Below, piece by piece: positions 16,592 to 29,643 of a stretch of DNA of 64,000 nt (positions are counted from its first letter, which is position 1; each line of letters starts with the position of its first letter). The stretch comes from Antedon mediterranea. Taxonomy: Eukaryota > Animalia > Echinodermata. The notes under the pieces were generated by a model. That model saw nothing but the letters and a program-made list of their open reading frames with translations, was not told where the DNA came from and did no database searches. The position numbers were made by a program, and so were the translations under genes. The stretch is taken from the NCBI RefSeq assembly GCF_964355755.1, contig NC_092679.1, forward strand, positions 5,610,201 to 5,674,200. The letters are read 5' to 3'.

Positions 16592-17665
16592 TGGTCTATG
16601 ATACTATAAGATGATGATAAAGCAATATATGATTACATAGAGCAATTTTATCGCATAATAATTGAATTTTTTTAAAAACCGATATTTTGGCTATTAAGTT
16701 TCGAAAAATCCCTGTACTATAGTACAGGGATTTTTTCCAAAATGGCCAATTATCGACCCTTTCATTTTTCGACATACTGGCTTCTATGGCACTATAAGAT
16801 GATGATAAAGCAATATATGATCATATAGAACAATTTTATCGCATAATAATTGAATTTAAAAAACCTGATATTTTGGCCATTTTTCGAAAATCCCGGTACA
16901 GGGATTTTTTTCAAAAATGGCAAATTTTCGACCCTTTTATTTTTCGACATAACTGGTGTCTATGGTACTATAAGATGATGATAAAGCAATATATGATTAC
17001 ATAGAGCAATTTTATCGCATAATAATTGAATTTAAAAAAAACCGATATTTTGGCCATTAAGTTTCGAAAAATCCCTGTACTATAGTACAGGGATTTTTTT
17101 CAAAATTGGCCAATTTTCGACATAACTGGTGTCTATGGTACTATAAGATGATGATAAAGCAATATATTATTACATAGAGCAATTTTATCGCATAATAATT
17201 GAATTTAAAAAAACCCGATATTTTGGCCAATAAGTTTCGAAAAATCCCTGTAGGCCTACTCAAAGTGATATATATTCTTTGGCCTACTATAGTACAGGGA
17301 TTTTTTCAAAAATGACCCATTTTCGACCCTTTTATTTTTCGACATAACTGGTGTCTATGGTACTATAAGATGATGATAAAGCAATATATGATCATATAGA
17401 ACAATTTTATCGCATAATAATTGAATTTAAAAAAAACGATATTTTGGCCATTAAGTTTTGAAAAATCCCTGTACAATAGTACAGGGATTTTTTCAAAAAT
17501 GGCAAATTTTCGACCCTTTTATTTTTCGACATAAGATGATAATAAAGCAATATATGATTACATAGAGCAATTTTATCGCATAATAATTGAATTTTAAAAA
17601 ACTGATATTTTGGCCATTAAGTTTCGAAAAATAATAATAATTGAATTTAAAACGATATTTAGAAA
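16592..17665. repeat. ~170-220-bp satellite, about 6 copies, with internal palindrome aaaatccctgtactatagtacagggatttt
   Basis: ataagatgat(g/a)ataaagcaatatat recurs at ~16606, 16794, 16970, 17143, 17365, 17531. Confidence 0.9.
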
Positions 17666-19379
17666 AAACATTTCCGAAAATCGGTAAAATTTCGACAATT
17701 ATTTTCATCTTGTATCTTATCGAGTTTTCATAATTCTTAAGCATTAAAATTGAATTCTGTAAATTACAAAAAAAAATCAATATAAAAAAAAATCATATAT
17801 TCTATGAATGTTCGAGGGTTACTTAAGAATGACATTTATTTAATGTATGCATTCTACTAATGATAGATAAGATAGTTTAAAAATACAAACTATACTGAAA
17901 ATCATAAGATAATATATTTTCATTTACGTCTGTAATTGAATGCAGCAAGAAAAAAATGATACCAATAACAATACAGCCTCCATTAAGGGGATACACTGAA
18001 TATGAATTGGGCATAGTGTTAAAATATAATATTTCCCTTTGTTCGTTTTTAACGGGAAATTGTTCCAATAAAAGCGTCCCTTGAATTACTGAGGATCGAA
18101 TACATCAATTACTAAAAAGATGCTGTTTGCTTTTCCAACATCGTGATCCGTGGATTAAAATCTCTCGTATTTTAAGTATGGAAATCAGGCAAGCCAAAGC
18201 CATTACACAATCAAAGAAAATTCTTAACGAACACCTTAGTAGGCTATTTGGTGCAGAATAGGTTTTCGACTCCAGTTCTACGACGTAGAAGAGGAGGACA
18301 CATATGTGTATGTGCTGATAAAACATATATTTCCCCCATGTTCGTTACATCATGGGAAAGTGTCCCCATAATAGGAGTGTTTCCACCGAATAGGGGTGTC
18401 CAAAAGGAGGTGTTTTACTGCACTCGTCTTGCTCAATAACAAATTGTACAATCTAAGTCCATACACCTACAATCACACAATAATATTCTTTTTTATTTTT
18501 TGTATGCCAGTCAGTAAATGTGTGAACGTTGCTTTGCTACCCTGGTTTGTAAATAATGTACAATAATAAACAACATTGATATCAAAATAGGGATTTGGAT
18601 GTATTGTACATATGACATTAATTAACTTACTGATTTCAATCAACGTACACTAAAGTCATTCACACACAAAAGGCGATTGGGGGATAAAAACTTATTATTT
18701 ATCCTCAGGGTTTTTTTTAAGTATAATAAATAGTTTCTATACGGTCTATGTTTTCATAAAGAGTTGTTTTTCTAACAGTTTTTTTTCTAAATCACTAGTA
18801 AAGTTCAGTTCATTATCCTCACCCAGTTGGCAATGCAGTGCATATTCTTTTAGGTTCGTTGAGTGTTATAGAGAAAAATTATAGAGTTTACCCTTTTCAG
18901 TCAGTTAAAAATAATGGATAAAATCTACAATAATAATTAAAACTGAATATCTACAATACCTTCTATGTTACCTATAATATAGTACATTACATGTTAAACT
19001 TATATGCACACTTTTACTTATAAAGCATCTAAAATTCCACACACGATTGTTAATAGTGACCTACGCTTTCATGACACGCAACTATGCAGCTTAAGTCATT
19101 CTGTGAATTACTTGGCGTGTACCATAGTCTAGTGGCGTGTTGTGAAAATGAAACGTCTCTATATTATAAGTCATTGTCTATACTTACTTTGTATAGAATT
19201 TCAACACACATTACTTTTTAAACATTACTTTACCATTTAAATAACTCTATTTCATTTCTGAAACAGCCATAAATATCTGACCTTTGACCTGCATGTTACT
19301 TAAACCATACTAAAATACATTAAGCATCGTCTTACTATTAACCCAAGATTAAACAAGCTCATCTTTACTACATCACGTC

Positions 19380-22300
19380 TTAATATGTTTCAACTTGATG
19401 AAGTCGCTGACGTCTTGATGGCGAAAGGGATCTTGTTCTTGACCTCCTGGGCGTATCCACAGCTCCTGTATAACCTTCGCGAAATCCTGAATCCATTTGA
19501 CCAAGGCTTCGTTCCAAAGTGTGCGACGTGAGAGAGTGCGAGTGATGAGCCTGGATAATTTTTTCTAAGCGTGTGATAATCTCATAATCAGGCACAGAGA
19601 GTAAGGTGACGTCCAGGCCCAGCATACGCGATATTACCTGACGGAAGTCAAGCAGCTGCTTCTCTCGCTGCTGCATGTCTGCAAGGAGTGCTTTCGTTGC
19701 ACGTAACTCCTCCATGAGAGCAGTAACTGATCGGTCGGCATGGAATCTTTTATCGCTTGCTTCTTGTTCTGTGAATTCAATCTCGTTTTTCATTCCAGCT
19801 ATTTTACGTGCTTGTCTTTCTTTCGTCTTTTCCAGTTTGGTTAACTCTTTGCAAAGGGCGTCTATATGGTCTCCTTGCACAAGGTTTGTAGACTAAACAA
19901 AACAAATAAAAAGACGCATATATTGTAATTTCCTACCAGAATATAAACACAAATGATTAAATGGTTAACATGCAAATGTTAAGTTCTGCTAGAAAAATAT
20001 ACATTTACATTAAAGTTTTACATAAATTTACATTAATTTTTTTGGGTTAATCAATACATTGTATGTACCGAGGTAGTGTAGCTCTGCAAATTATACAAAT
20101 ATCGATTCATTTCTATCTCTCTCTTGATTTTGTTTTGTTAATAAACTTATTAACCAAATATGAGAAATACTAAAATGTTAAAAATACCTTTATTTCGCCA
20201 ATCTCCATTAATTTTGCTTTCAGCTCAAGAATGACCTGTCTGGCAGAACCAAGTTGACCTCGAAGACGGTCATTCTCCTTCTGAAGTTTCTTCTGACCCA
20301 TAACAATGTCATCCTTAAACAAATTATACACAAATAATAAAAAAAAACAACCTAATATAATGGTACAACAAATATATCATGGAAACTATTGTCAAGTATG
20401 TGTCTATTTTTCAGTTTTACAGTACTCACTTTTAATAAATTATCACACACAAATTAATAACTTTCTTGTAATTTTACCTTTTCTTTTTCCAACGTTGACC
20501 TCCCTAACAGACCTTCGTCCTGTGTACAAATCTTCTTCCTGAGAAGGTCGATGTGTAAGTCTTTGCTCTCCAATTGTTGTTTCATCGTTTTCAACTTTCG
20601 TTGCAAGTTGTAAACATGAGTTGTTTTATCTGTAATTGTATCCACTTCTTTTCGCATCACCTGTTCAGCTCGTGCCAGAACTGCGTCGGTGCAAAGGTCA
20701 AACCCGACGTCCAGAGCGATTACGTCCATCTTTAGGACTCTGCATATCTTTTCGATGAAAGCCATGTACTGTAAAGTAGATAAAAATATGAAGATGGTTT
20801 ATTAAACTTGGTTTCATATAAATAGACAATAATAAAATTTGTAAATATCTTTATTTTGAAATAGAGGCTCCTTCACAAATAAATGTGTTTTTCAATGAGC
20901 AATGCACAATAATCAATATTTGATAGCTAGATAAATTCACTTTAATTGAGTATTCACCTTCTTGCGCTCAGCACGTATAGTGTCTTTCAGTACGTCGCCA
21001 GTGTTCAGATCATCTTCCATTGTTCTAATTCTGAACCTGAAGTCTCCCAGGTTTTCCTCTGCCTCCTTTGCTCGTTGGATGGTAGAGTGATGCAGTTCAA
21101 CTTGGTTGTGCAGTTGGTCTGACAAACTCTTAACCTTTGCTTCAAGTACATCTATAAACTGTCAAAATAAAAAACAATAAAATCATCATAACTTATCATA
21201 ATATCTAACCAGGTATAAGTAGATTCTGGGGAAAGGTGCATGTCAAATGCTATGTATAGTATGGCAGATGAAATAGTATACAAATATTGACTGTGATGAG
21301 GAGCATAGTTCAAAATATAGGTGATCTGGAGAATTGAATTATTATATTTATTGCTATATTATAGTTTCAAACGAACTTACACTTTGTCTTTCCTTTGATG
21401 TGGAATGTATGTTCTTAATTTGACTTTTAACAATCTCCTCAGTAGGCTCACAAGACAGCAAGGCAGCCAACGAATCCTTAAAAGATTTCAGTTCAGCTTT
21501 GGCTACCTGAGCTTCAAACTCCAACGATGACTTAGCGTGGCTATATTCACTCAGACGAGATTCACGTTGATTCAACTCTTCTCGGGTAAGTTCCCATGCT
21601 TTCTTGTCAGCATTAAATCTTTCACGAAGAAGGGTATTTTCTCGTTCAAGGTCCTTTTTAGCTTGGACTGCTGTTTCCTTTTCCTTAAATTATAAATAAA
21701 ATTTTGAAATTTAGTATATGTTTTGGTCATAGAAACTGGTAATGAAGGATGACTAGCAAAACTCTACGGCTGTCAACACTAGCATTCTGTTTGTTGTGTG
21801 CAATTTATTTATTCTTTATACTGGGTCACCAAACTTCAAATATAAAAGGACTATTAATGACTGGGAGGCATTTTAAAATAGAGAGGAAAAAAACAATGAA
21901 CCTACCAATCGCATTCTTTCATTTGTAACCAGTGAAGTTGATGACTGCCGCTGACCTTTTGTAAGTTCTTCTGAAAGACGATGAATAGTCTCTCGTCCAG
22001 CCTTTGATTCCAATTCCAAACTGTTGACAGATTCGGAGAGAGAGCTGACCTTTCCACGCAAAGTCAGATTTTCTTGCACGACATCGTTAATCTAAAAAAA
22101 ATGAAATTATAATTATTATATTAATATTTAGCACTAAGCCGAAATTTGTTATCCTCCTAAAACAAAAATTTCTGACGTTCCAGATGGGGCAACTTTTTAA
22201 TTTCCCTTGAGTCATTCAGCAATTTTTTTCTGAAATATGTTTAATTTACGAATTAATCATGAACTGATGAATTTATAGATAATTTTTTGTTTTGAAGAGT

Positions 22301-25300
22301 GGTTATCAAATCAAATAAATAATAAGCACAAAATCAAGAAAACCTGCACTAATGATTCAAAATGTACATACCTTTGATGCCATGTATTCCGGTGTTCGAT
22401 CCTCCACAGATGCAACATCTTTTAGTTGTAGAAATATACTGTGAAACTGCCTATCCCATGATTCTAGTTTCCTCTCCGCTGCTTCTCGTTCCTCGATGAG
22501 GTTACGATTCCTTCTCTCAAGCTCTAGTATCTTCTCCTGAAGATTACTATTCTCCTTCTGCAACGTACCGATAGCAAACTCTCCTCTTACTGACACGTCA
22601 GTTTTGTCCTTTAGCTCTTGAATGCGGGTTTGTAGAGTGATCACGAGGGCAGCATTACGATCACTGCTCTCTTTGTACGCACTGACCTGACCTTTTAGAT
22701 CGTCAATTTGAATATCGCGTGAGTTAAGTCGACTCTGGTAATCTCTTGTCTGAAAGGTAAAAATACAATTGCTATTATGGCTATTATTATTAGGGCTACA
22801 GTATGTGAACCAGTTCACCCCCTACTTGTCTCAAAAGTTGTTTTTATGTAGTAATTGGTCTTACCTCAGCTTTCATCTGGTCCACCTGTAACTGCATCAT
22901 GCTTATTTCTCGCGACACGTCAACCGAATGACGATGATGTGAGTCACTTAAATATTCACGAGAACCAAGAACATCAGTTGGATAAATTGTTGAAATCTGT
23001 AAACAGTAAATAATAATTGATTTTAAAATTACACAAACAATAGAAATGTATCACTATAAATTTTTCTACTGCAGTTACTGCAGTTTATAGTTTTTAAATT
23101 GTTATTTTAAATGAACAGTAAATTATTTTATGTTGAAAGTGACATTTTTTGTTAAATTATAACTTATCCGTGTACTACAGTATATATAAATCAAAGAGCT
23201 GCATAGGCAGGATATAGAAAAAAATCAAGATCAAATAAGTTAAAACTGCCTCAATATAGATTTATTTTAACGACATGTTTCGGGCATAGCCCATCATCAG
23301 GTGAAAAGAATTGTAACAAAGGATAACATATATAAGTCACAAAATTACATAATAAAACAAATCAGCCAATCAAAGATGTTAACAAACAAAAGGCATACTA
23401 CAGTATATATACTGTACTGTGTTTAATGACCGAAAGTAGATGGCATAAATATTGGTCAGGTCATAATGGCATAATCTTTTTCTGTGCGCAATATTCTAAC
23501 GTATAACGTGCATGTGGTGTTTGTTGTGCAGATAACTAACTCGTCAAAAATACGAGTTCAAATCTAGTTTTTTTAAGTGGATGAAATTTAAAACAATTTT
23601 AAAAATCTATAATACATTTCAATTTTGGATTTGTTAAGTTTTTCAATTAATTTATATTATAATTTATAATCTTTTAAAGGGATGAACATTTTTTTTTACA
23701 AATACAATATCAATTTCGATTAGATTTGTCAATTATTTGAATTAAGAAATAAATTAAAAATCTATAGTAAATTATTTCTAAAATCACATTTTAAAAAAGG
23801 CAATTCAATTTATTCATCTTGTTTTGCGTAATATTCTCTTTCGTAAGCACCTTGAACAAAAGAGCACACAGCACAGGGAATATAACAATAAAATCACAGA
23901 TTCCTAGTAGAATCCTAAGAATATTAATGCAAAATTTTAAAATGAAATTTTTCCCTGATGTAAAATCAATGTTGCCAGCACATTAAACCTCATGATATGT
24001 CCATGTACACCCTCACATATCTCATCAACCATTCCATACACTGATCATGTTAATGTTTCATTTAATTTAGTTGCCTAGGTGATATGTATGGTAAACCAAT
24101 AATTCAATGACATAAATTCTTTCTATTTAATTTTAAATTTATATAGAAATTCAATAAATAAATATAATATAAATAACATTAATTTGTTGTAAACGATGCA
24201 ATAGTCAACAGAGAATGGCCACATTTATTAAATATAGTAATATGATTTATTGCTTAAAAATATAATTACACTAAGTATTATTTTTTATTTTATAACTAAT
24301 CATTCTATTCACTGGAAAACATCATATCAGTTTTAAATAGTATTTACAGTACAGTAAGTACAATTTAATAAATAAAAGATTTGAAGTTTAAGGACCGGTA
24401 GTGTATATAAATAATCATTAAATCCGATTTTTTTTTATTAAACTACTTAATATGATTTCATGTTTAATTATTAAATAATAAAATGATCAAAATTAATATA
24501 GTAGAATATCAGACAGATTGTTCACTGTTTTTACTAAAATCCAAATGTATGTTTCTAAATCTGTAATAAATAATTCAGAGTCTTAAATACAAAACTTGAG
24601 AGGCAAAGGATTATTGTTGATCACGAATGAAAAATATGAAAATGATTATGCAGAGTGTGTTAAGGCAACTGCTGACGCATGCTGTACACGTGTGCAGTGA
24701 AATGTGATCAAGTTAATAAAATGAATAAACGTCAAGAATACATTGTATAGAAATAAAATCTGAAAAGACTATTGAGAACAAAAAGATATTAGTCATTTAT
24801 AGGGGCTGTGTCAGTCGAATTTGTTAATTTATTTGTTCAATTTTATCATTTACTTAAAGGCCAAATATTTTGATTTTTTTTCCATTTTTTATCCGTCTAT
24901 AAATTTAAAATGTGATCAACTTAGATATCCATCTATTGTCGTAGTTTTCATGTATATAAGCGACATTTATTAAGTAATTTTTCAAATTAATTGAAATTAA
25001 ATCAATATAAAAATAGCAATTATATAAATAATAATACAAAAATTGTAAAATAATATTCTTCAATACAGTAGATGAGCAATGTTTTATTTTATCATTCTAA
25101 ATATTATTTTTTATATTATTCTTTTTTGGAATAAAACCACTTTCCTGATTATAGAGCTAAAATAAATAATAATATTGATGATTTCTTTAATAACTTGGTT
25201 GTTAAATAAACACAATATGATAATCAACTACCTACTATCTATCAGCAATAATAATCTCTATCGGGCTGTACCTAATTAGGCGTGACTGTTGCTAACGGTA

Positions 25301-27824
25301 ACACTAACAGTGTGTTCATAATAAAACAGAGTTGAGTTTTACGACAGCGAGTAAAAGCTTTGTCAATTACTGATGTGGAAAATAATCGTAGATCAATGAA
25401 GAAAGTTGCGATGAATTACATCTTGTTGTAATGTCAGTAGTAATTGATGAGTTCTTATATTATCGTGTTTGTACTGAGGCTAGCATATACAATGAGCAAT
25501 TGTGTTTAAAGGATTTAAAAGAAACAGTAGTAAAATACTGCTATTTCTATGTAAAATTTAATTATGGTATAATATTAGTAGAGAAATATTTTTCCATCAT
25601 TATTTAAAACATAAACAATAAAATACTGCTATTTAGGTATGAAGCTATTTACAGTAAAATGATATAATCATCATCATTATTTATTTTTTTTGTTTGATTG
25701 AAATAATTTATTATTTAGTCAATTATAATTACATTTATTATATAATTACCAAATATTAATTAAAGATGTAAAAAATGATCAACTTAGTTTTGGTTGAATT
25801 TAATAGTTTTTGTCATTTTAAAGTGAAAACATATTTTGTTTGTTTTTTTTCTACGGAAGTAAATTACTTTATTAAAACTACAAAATAACCTATTCAAAGC
25901 CCGATTTAATTAATCTTTATTAATCATCATGTTTTGGGGGACAATAATGTACATCTTCAATAATTACTACTTATTTAAAATAAAGAATTATAATTCCTAT
26001 TTTTTTTTTATATTTACAAATTCTCAATAATATTTATTATAAGTTGGTTTAAATTTATGGTAAGTGTTTTCACATTTATCACATCTTAAAAATATATGTA
26101 ATGTGTACTTGCACCATAATGTAATAATACTAATAACAGCAGAACACCTACCTTGTCTTCTGTACTAAAATGCACTTTTCTATATGGAGCTGAATCAACC
26201 CTAAAAAAATTATACATAAAAAGAAAATTAGTTTATTTATTTGTATCTTAATTAACTACATCGTTACTAATTAAATATTGAATTGTTTATTATATGATGC
26301 CATTTGGCGTGTTTAATTGCAGAATTTAAGATTGAGTATAGTTTTTTATTTTATTTTAAGCATTGCGTTTTAGTACTTATCAAACAATCTCTCGTTAATC
26401 AATTAAGTACATGTACTATTTCAATGACAAATTTTTTTTGTTTTTTTATTGAGCACAAGAATTTACAATTTACCATTTGAGAAAAAAAGTACAGATCTTA
26501 TTAAAATGTATATTATTATTATTATTTATTTTAATATTATTTTAATTAGTTAAAAATTGAAATCTTGCCAAACTTACCGTGATAAATCCTGAATGAGCTT
26601 GTCTTTTTTTTCAAGTTCTGTTTTGTAAAGTTTAACTTGATCATGTAACTGTAATAAATGTAAAAATACAAAAAAAATATGATACATTTTTTCTATGAAA
26701 AAGAAAGCAAAACAATAATTATACGCCGTGGCTAAAGATACGGTACCGTATTCTAACTTCTGTTTACTAAAGGTACGGTAAAATTGCATTACGTCATAAT
26801 CAGCCAATGGGGTGCTGGTACGTGTGTGACGTCATCGTATAAGGACTTGGGATTTTTTTTCATATCGCGTCTGTTGTGTTTGTGTGTGTAGAGAATTGCT
26901 ATCGGCGGCGGCGCCAGGCTGCGTTGATGTGTGTGCGCTGCAGATGAGGGTTTTATTTTTATTCCAAATGGCCTATTTAGGCCTATATTTTTTATTAAAC
27001 TTTGTTTACAATGGTGACCATAAACAACAAGCAAATGCAGACAATAAAGGGGCCCTCAAATACTATGATTTAGACAGTAGCCCCAGGGCTAACGAGTCAC
27101 AGAAATCAGCGCACACATGCAGCTGGCCCCAGCCTGGCATCGCTTTCCCTCTACACAAACAAACTCATATTATGAGGTTATAGTAGGCCTAGCCTAGGCC
27201 TCTTTTGAAACGGTTTTCTGTATTCTAGAATTAAAATCAACATGTTTTGGCTTTTCAATAATAATAACAGACGTAGGCTACATTTAGTTTTTGTCACACA
27301 CGACGGCGATAATAGCGATAAATAAAGCATAAAGAAAATGCGGTTGATCACTGTTTTCGCGATATGAAAAAAATCCACAAAGTCCTTATACGATGACGTC
27401 ACACACGTACAGCACCCCATTGGCTGGTTATGACGTAATGCAATTTTACCGTACCTTTAGTAAACAGAAGTTAGAATACGGTACCGTATCTTTAGCCACG
27501 GCGATAATTATATATAATTTTAATAAATTTATTTAATCAAAAAGAGACTTGAATAATTGTTTTTTTTTTTTGTTGGGTACTTACATCTTGCATCATTTTC
27601 TTCGATTGAAATCCACTAGGTTGAGGGCTTCCGAATGGACTACCAGAGCTAAGCCCAAGCCCAGGACTACTGGGTCGACTGCCTGTACGTCCTCCAGCCG
27701 GGGCTGAGCGACTGCATCGTAGCCTTTCGATTTCATCTTCCAAAAGAGTCAAGTTGCGGTCCACAGCTCTGTGTCCATTTAATTTTGGCAAACCATCGTG
27801 CCTCTCCTTTCCTAAATACGACAT
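19380..27824 (-). CDS. CCDC170: Coiled-coil domain-containing protein 170-like
   Basis: Exons 27824-27585, 26648-26578, 26200-26152, 22996-22865, 22749-22372, 22091-21906, 21683-21381, 21158-20958, 20768-20478, 20313-20188, 19892-19380 join in frame with GT-AG. Long heptad-rich protein; C-terminal LLDFRQVISRMLGLDVTLLSVPDYEIITRLEKII resembles the recalled CCDC170 C-terminus. Confidence 0.85.
23189..23395 (-). mobile_element. Penelope-like retroelement terminal fragment with 16-bp flanking direct repeat
   Basis: Flanked by tactacagtatatata at 23173-23188 and 23396-23411; contains a hammerhead motif followed by AATAAA on the minus strand. Confidence 0.6.
23265..23307 (-). ncRNA. Minimal type I hammerhead ribozyme
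   Basis: Minus strand reads uuuucac-CUGAUGA-u-gggc-uau-gccc-GAAA-c-au-g-UC-guuaaaa: complete core, 4-bp stem II, palindromic ACAUGU stem III, stem I with one mismatch. Confidence 0.75.
25288..25302. promoter_or_regulatory. RFX X-box-like site in CCDC170 intron
   Basis: GTTGCTAACGGTAAC approximates the X-box palindrome GTNRCC-N(0-3)-RGYAAC. Confidence 0.35.
26724..27503. mobile_element. Non-autonomous MULE-like DNA transposon, ~145-bp TIRs, 9-bp TSD
   Basis: 26724-~26869 is the near-perfect reverse complement of ~27358-27503; ataattata flanks both ends. Confidence 0.85.
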
Positions 27825-28210
27825 TTCAAAATTTGTCAATGTGTGAAAAACTCTTATACAATATTGTGAACTCACATGTACGCACAGTGTACGAGAAATC
27901 AAATGATTACCAACATAACAATGTGGGTTACGAAACGATTTTATTGTTATGTCAAAACAATGTTGGCATGGGCAACAAAACAAAATAAACATTAAAGAGC
28001 ACCCTCTACATTTTACACGTGAAATTTGTATAATTGATTGATTGGCCTAGTCTCTTTTTCCATACAAATGTTGATGTCTGGTTATTAAAGGCTATCTCTC
28101 TCTGCTATATAGTGGCGGCGGTAGATTTCGAGCGATTAGAATTTTTCTATCGCTAAGTACGGCGGTGTTCGTTTTTATCATTATTTTCATTGTTTTTTTA
28201 GAAAATTAAC
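27825..28210. promoter_or_regulatory. Bidirectional promoter region between CCDC170 and COX7A2L-like, with X-box at 27962-27976
   Basis: Divergent ATGs are 387 bp apart; GTTGGCATGGGCAAC X-box-like palindrome; reverse CCAAT (attgg) at ~28041. Confidence 0.55.
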
Positions 28211-29139
28211 ATGGCTTTCAGATACAATACATCCACTGGAAAATTAGCTCCTAGTACGCCACAATTTGCTTACAACCCTGAGGTCAGTGATGAGCTCTAT
28301 TGTAAAGTTATACTACCCTCCTTCCTAGCCTAAATTACTGTGTATCCAATCACGTCACACAGAGGTAGGCCTAGCCTAGGAATAGCCCTAGCTAGGCTAG
28401 GAGGTTTTTGTACGGCCTAGCCTTTTCAGTACAGTTTCATGTAGCCTATGTTAGGCAGCTTCGTAAATCAAGTAACAGAAGAAATATCATAATTAATATT
28501 AATAATATATTTTAATATTAATTAAAATAAAATGAATATTATCATAATATAATAATGCTTTATTTTAAATAATGTAAATGGAATAACTTCCAATTTATAT
28601 AGGGCCTAATAGTAATAAGTATTTATTTATTTGGGTTTTATTTTAATCTAAATTCTAGATTTCTTTTAACAATTTTCTTTTACTGTACTGTAGGGTATTC
28701 AAAGGCTAAAAGTGGTTGACCCTCCAAAGATACAATGGGCTGTTAAACCAATGCCACCTCCAGTTCCACACAGCCCTCTCGGAGGAGATCAGATATTTGG
28801 AAGTCTTGTTAGAAATAGAGTTTATGAACAGTGGCCAATATTTCAGGTAAAGACATGTGCAATTTTATGGCGTTGAAATAAATAAAAATAGACCTCTCTC
28901 TTCTCTAGTAAACAACATTGTCAGGAGAGATTTATTTTGTTGATGATTATCAAATAATTTATTGTTTTATATAAAGTTGTTTAAATTATTTTTTTTTCTC
29001 TCAGGCAAAAGACGGAGTTCCAGTACATTTAAAGCGAGGAACCAGAGATCGAGTCACCTTCATGCTCACTGCTGGATTTACTCTATGTTCTTGTGTTTAT
29101 GCATTGTTTCAACTTGGCAAACTTATAAACAAAAAATAA
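28211..29139 (+). CDS. COX7A2L: Cytochrome c oxidase subunit 7A2-like (SCAF1/COX7RP), 119 aa
   Basis: Exons 28211-28282, 28694-28846, 29005-29139 give MAFRYNTSTGKLAPSTPQFAYNPE-GIQRLK...RNRVYEQWPIFQ-AKDGVPVHLKRGTRDRVTFMLTAGFTLCSCVYALFQLGKLINKK. Long N-terminus (KLA...AYxPxG) plus DGVPVHLKRG and a TM helix match recalled COX7A2L features. Not recovered by the ORF track. Confidence 0.85.
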
Positions 29140-29565
29140 ACAATATAAGTTACAGATTTATTTAACATTTCATGAACTATAGAATTATGAATGGATGTCA
29201 GTTTATTACAGTATAACACAATACAAAAATGTGAAATGTTGGAGGCCAATGATTTGCTGGCTGAATGTGGTGTACAGATTAGAAGACACAAAATGTGACA
29301 ATGTTTACACTATATTTAATACCACTTTGCAATAAATGATACACAGTATAAAGTTTAACTTATGGCTTTTCAATTCATTACTGTGACAACAAAATAAATT
29401 AAAGATTTTTACCATTTGTGGCAGTGCTTGATACGACTCTGTTGAGGAAAAAAACATTTTTTTTACATACTTCATTAAAATACTATACTAAATACATACT
29501 TATAAACAATATTTTTATAAATTGTATACCGGTAGAATTTGATTACGCCCTCTACAGTTGTACTT

Positions 29566-29575
29566 CCGCCATCTT
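29566..29575 (+). promoter_or_regulatory. YY1-type motif upstream of COX7A
   Basis: CCGCCATCTT matches the YY1 consensus CCGCCATNTT, ~70 bp before the ATG. Confidence 0.5.
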
Positions 29576-29643
29576 TGTTGCGAGTACTCTTCTTTTTTCG
29601 CAGATTCTTCTTCAGTTTTTAGAGCAATCAAGCTAGTCCAAAA

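Noticed and set aside
19675-19896. Antisense ORFs over real exons (also 16023-16262, 36856-37111, 39138-39392)
   Set aside because: Shadows of coding exons on the opposite strand with no independent features.
26789-27420. ORFs inside the MULE-like element as a transposase
   Set aside because: Short, no DDE or zinc-finger motifs; partly mirror images from the TIRs.
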